64,000 nt of DNA, taken from assembly GCA_965279035.1 (NCBI GenBank), contig OZ257142.1, positions 416,001 through 480,000 on the forward strand. The letters run 5' to 3'. This DNA is from Bacteroidia bacterium (GTDB lineage: Bacteria; Bacteroidota; Bacteroidia; M30B66). A program made the position numbers and the translations under genes. Numbering within the stretch: position 1 is the first letter of the stretch; the number at the start of each line of letters is the position of its first letter. This document shows positions 61,419 to 64,000 of the stretch, piece by piece. The notes beneath the pieces were generated by a model, which had not been told where the DNA came from, searched no databases, and worked only from the letters and a program-made list of their open reading frames with translations.

Positions 61419-61422
61419 CTGA

Positions 61423-61725
61423 ATGATACTTTATAATGTTACCGTTAACATTGACCCAGAACTTCATCAAGAATGGGTAAACTGGATGAAATCTACCCAT
61501 ATTCCAGAAGTTCTTAGTACGGGTTTATTTATAGAAAACCGGTTTTTTCGAGTATTAAATACCGAAGAAGGAGAAGGTTTTACCTACTCAGTACAGTATT
61601 TTCTCGATTCAATGGAAAACTATGAAGTGTATAAAGAGCTTCATGCACCGCGTTTGCAAGCCGACTTTGCCTCCCGATACAAAGATCGATTTGTTGCCTT
61701 TCGTACCTTACTTGAAACCGTCTGA
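61423..61725 (+). CDS. DUF4286 family protein
   Basis: ILYNVTV.ID....EW..WMK..HIPEV...TYSVQY...FRT.L; next to rsmA as is usual in Bacteroidota. Confidence 0.85.
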   Translation: MILYNVTVNIDPELHQEWVNWMKSTHIPEVLSTGLFIENRFFRVLNTEEGEGFTYSVQYFLDSMENYEVYKELHAPRLQADFASRYKDRFVAFRTLLETV

Positions 61726-62507
61726 TGGCTTTATTTCGAAAACCAGTTACTGCCAAAAAAGCTCTTGGACAACATTTTCTGAAAGACTTATCCATCGCTT
61801 CCCAAATTGCCGATAGTATTCCTCCACTTGATTTACCTCGTAAAGTAATAGAAGTTGGTCCCGGCATGGGTGTCTTGACTAATTTTCTGCTTCAAAAAAA
61901 TTTCGATTTACGCGTTGTAGAAATTGACCGAGAGTCAGTTGCTTACTTAAAAGCGAATGTGCCTGCTTTGGAAGGGCGAATTATAGAAGGTGATTTCCTT
62001 CGGATGAAATTGGATCAGTACCTTGATCAAAATGGAGCTGTGATTGGTAATTTTCCTTACAATATTTCCTCTCAGATTTTGTTTCAATGCCTCGATCAAA
62101 AGGAAAACGTTCAAACAATCGTGGGCATGTTTCAAAAAGAAGTAGCCGAACGAGTGGCTGCTAAACATGGCAATAAAACCTACGGAATTCTGAGTGTTCT
62201 TCTACAAACGTATTTCGAATGTGAGTATTTATTTACCGTTCACGAACATGTTTTTTCCCCTCCTCCCAAAGTGAAGTCAGCTGTTATTCGTCTCACTCGG
62301 AAAGAAAATGTAGTTCTTCCAGTTCCTTATGAATTCTTGCGAAATGTGGTAAAAACAGGCTTCAACCAACGACGCAAAACATTAAGAAACGCACTTAAGC
62401 CAATCATCTCCGGACGCGAATTTCAACATCCCTTTTTAGATCTTCGTGCCGAACAACTCAGCATTCAAGATTTTGCAGATCTTTCCGTTGCATTAATCAA
62501 CCTATGA
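61725..62507 (+). CDS. rsmA: 16S rRNA m6,2A dimethyltransferase
   Basis: KKALGQHFL, EVGPGMG.LT, GNFPYNIS, MFQKEVAER, F.PPPKVKS, FNQRRKTLRN. Confidence 0.97.
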   Translation: MALFRKPVTAKKALGQHFLKDLSIASQIADSIPPLDLPRKVIEVGPGMGVLTNFLLQKNFDLRVVEIDRESVAYLKANVPALEGRIIEGDFLRMKLDQYLDQNGAVIGNFPYNISSQILFQCLDQKENVQTIVGMFQKEVAERVAAKHGNKTYGILSVLLQTYFECEYLFTVHEHVFSPPPKVKSAVIRLTRKENVVLPVPYEFLRNVVKTGFNQRRKTLRNALKPIISGREFQHPFLDLRAEQLSIQDFADLSVALINL

Positions 62508-64000
62508 TTAACCGAAGTAACATAAGGCTCATTATCGGGTTAATGATTCTCGCACTTAGCGGACTCATCATCATTCAAATTTATTGGATCAACAATGCAA
62601 TCGACTTAGAACGCCAACGCTTCGAATCGACTGTCAATCAAGCTTTACAAAATGTTGTTGAGATGGTTGAGCGACAAGAAGTGGCTAATAAAGTCCGTAC
62701 CCGTTTTGATGCCTCCAAACAAGGCAAAATGTTTTTTCTGGGAATTGATTCTCTCATCCGCAAAAGCATCGATCGGAAAGACACCACCACATCAGGTTTG
62801 GTATTTTGGAATGAAGTCAGCCCGGGAGAATTACAAACAGAATTCCGCCAATTAAATCAAGATGGTAGCATTGAATATGTTGGTGAAACTCGCAGCGATT
62901 CGGGTGGACAAGTTGAGTATAAAAAATTACGTAAAGCACGTCAATCGAGTGATGCCTCGTCGTTTGGGGAAATAAGTTCTGATCTAAATCATTTACAACG
63001 CCGAAAAGACCCTCGTTTAGAGCGTTTGATGAAAAAAAGCGGTTTAGTTACCGACATTTTCGAAGAACTATTCGATCTCAATGTGAACAGTGGCGTAGAA
63101 GATCGGATAGATCCCATATTAATTGATTCTTTACTGAAAGTGGAATTGAAGTCGGCTGGATTAAATACGCCGTTTGAATTTGGATTGTACGATTTCATCA
63201 ACAATAAAATGTTTGTGGATCACCCAACCGATTACACCGAACAGCTTATGAAAACGCGATTTCGGGTGCGTCTATTTCCACATGATATTTTTTATCATCC
63301 CGATTATTTGATGATTTATTTCCCCGACCAAAATCGCTATGTGTTTAATAATCTTTGGGTGATGTTTGCGTCATCGGGCTTTTTCATTTTGATCATTATT
63401 GCCACCTTTTTCTATACCATCAGCACCATCATTCGTCAAAAGAATTTGTCGGACATAAAAAACGACTTCATCAACAACATGACACACGAGTTGAAAACGC
63501 CAATTTCAACGATATCGCTTGCATGTGAAGCATTGAATGATCCGGATGTGAACCGATCGGCAAGTATGGCTGGCAATTATACTCGGATGATTCAAGAAGA
63601 AAATAAGCGTTTGGCTCAATTGGTTGAAAACGTTCTTCAAAGTGCATTGCTCGACAAATCAGATTTTGAGCTTCAACTTACTGATGTTGATATGCATGCA
63701 GTAATTCAAAAAGTGCTGCGCAGTTTCGAAATGCATTTGAACCGACGAAAAGTGAAATTGGAACTAAGGCTGAATGCATTAAGTCCTGTTGTTGAAGGAG
63801 ATGTTGTTCATTTAACCAATGTGATTTTCAATTTGCTCGATAATGCCATCAAATACACCCCTGACATTCCAGAAATTCAAATAGAAACTAGTAATGTTGG
63901 TGAAACGTTTTGTTTTGCAATAAGCGACAATGGAATTGGAATTTCGCGGGATGAACAAAAACGGGTGTTCGAAAAATTGTATCGTGTTCCAACAGGAAAT
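62504..64000 (+). CDS. Membrane sensor histidine kinase (RprX-like), 3'-truncated by window edge; absent from ORF track
   Basis: ATG overlaps the rsmA stop (ATGA); hand translation MINRSNIRLIIGLMILALSGLIIIQIYW...; H-box FINNMTHELKTP, N-box NLLDNAIKY, G1 DNGIGI. Confidence 0.93.
   Translation, partial: MINRSNIRLIIGLMILALSGLIIIQIYWINNAIDLERQRFESTVNQALQNVVEMVERQEVANKVRTRFDASKQGKMFFLGIDSLIRKSIDRKDTTTSGLVFWNEVSPGELQTEFRQLNQDGSIEYVGETRSDSGGQVEYKKLRKARQSSDASSFGEISSDLNHLQRRKDPRLERLMKKSGLVTDIFEELFDLNVNSGVEDRIDPILIDSLLKVELKSAGLNTPFEFGLYDFINNKMFVDHPTDYTEQLMKTRFRVRLFPHDIFYHPDYLMIYFPDQNRYVFNNLWVMFASSGFFILIIIATFFYTISTIIRQKNLSDIKNDFINNMTHELKTPISTISLACEALNDPDVNRSASMAGNYTRMIQEENKRLAQLVENVLQSALLDKSDFELQLTDVDMHAVIQKVLRSFEMHLNRRKVKLELRLNALSPVVEGDVVHLTNVIFNLLDNAIKYTPDIPEIQIETSNVGETFCFAISDNGIGISRDEQKRVFEKLYRVPTGN

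Noticed and set aside
1-64000. Prophage, IS element, integron, tRNA or rRNA
   Set aside because: No integrase, transposase, phage structural gene, cloverleaf or rRNA-like sequence recognised

Overview
Chromosomal window from a Bacteroidota bacterium, judged by T9SS genes, TAnnTTTG promoters and Gln-starting mature proteins. It is gene-dense, with no tRNA, rRNA, CRISPR array, integrase or transposase that I can support. Left part: korAB, a small AT-rich accessory patch, scoA/scoB split by a GT-C-like glycosyltransferase, PBP1A, atpI/atpZ-like genes, bactofilin, sprE/porW and an M23 peptidase. The centre (14.8-40.9 kb) is a four-gene T9SS type-B locus. Two giant disulfide-stapled Ig/PKD-like repeat proteins (3010 aa with an FG-GAP head; 4555 aa with no head and recent internal DNA duplications) flank one porP/sprF and one porE-like gene. 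Right part: an LpoB/COG3014 lipoprotein cluster, a GH3-family gene, an acyltransferase, an MNT-HEPN toxin-antitoxin pair, a MORN-repeat protein with a CRIPT-like Cys-rich tail, PIN-PhoH, a plug-only TonB-receptor-like protein, rplU-rpmA, mltD, gatA, tatA/tatC, an HTH regulator, a trans-sulfuration enzyme, a TPR protein, a T9SS type-A protein, rsmA and a truncated sensor kinase. The most unusual non-coding items are a phased array of 12 TGTTRC/GYAACA boxes between convergent genes (52030-52188) and a structured GC-rich element (50194-50293). There is also an unlisted 49-aa ArfA-like basic ORF (14177-14326). All family assignments come from motif recognition by eye; no database search was run.
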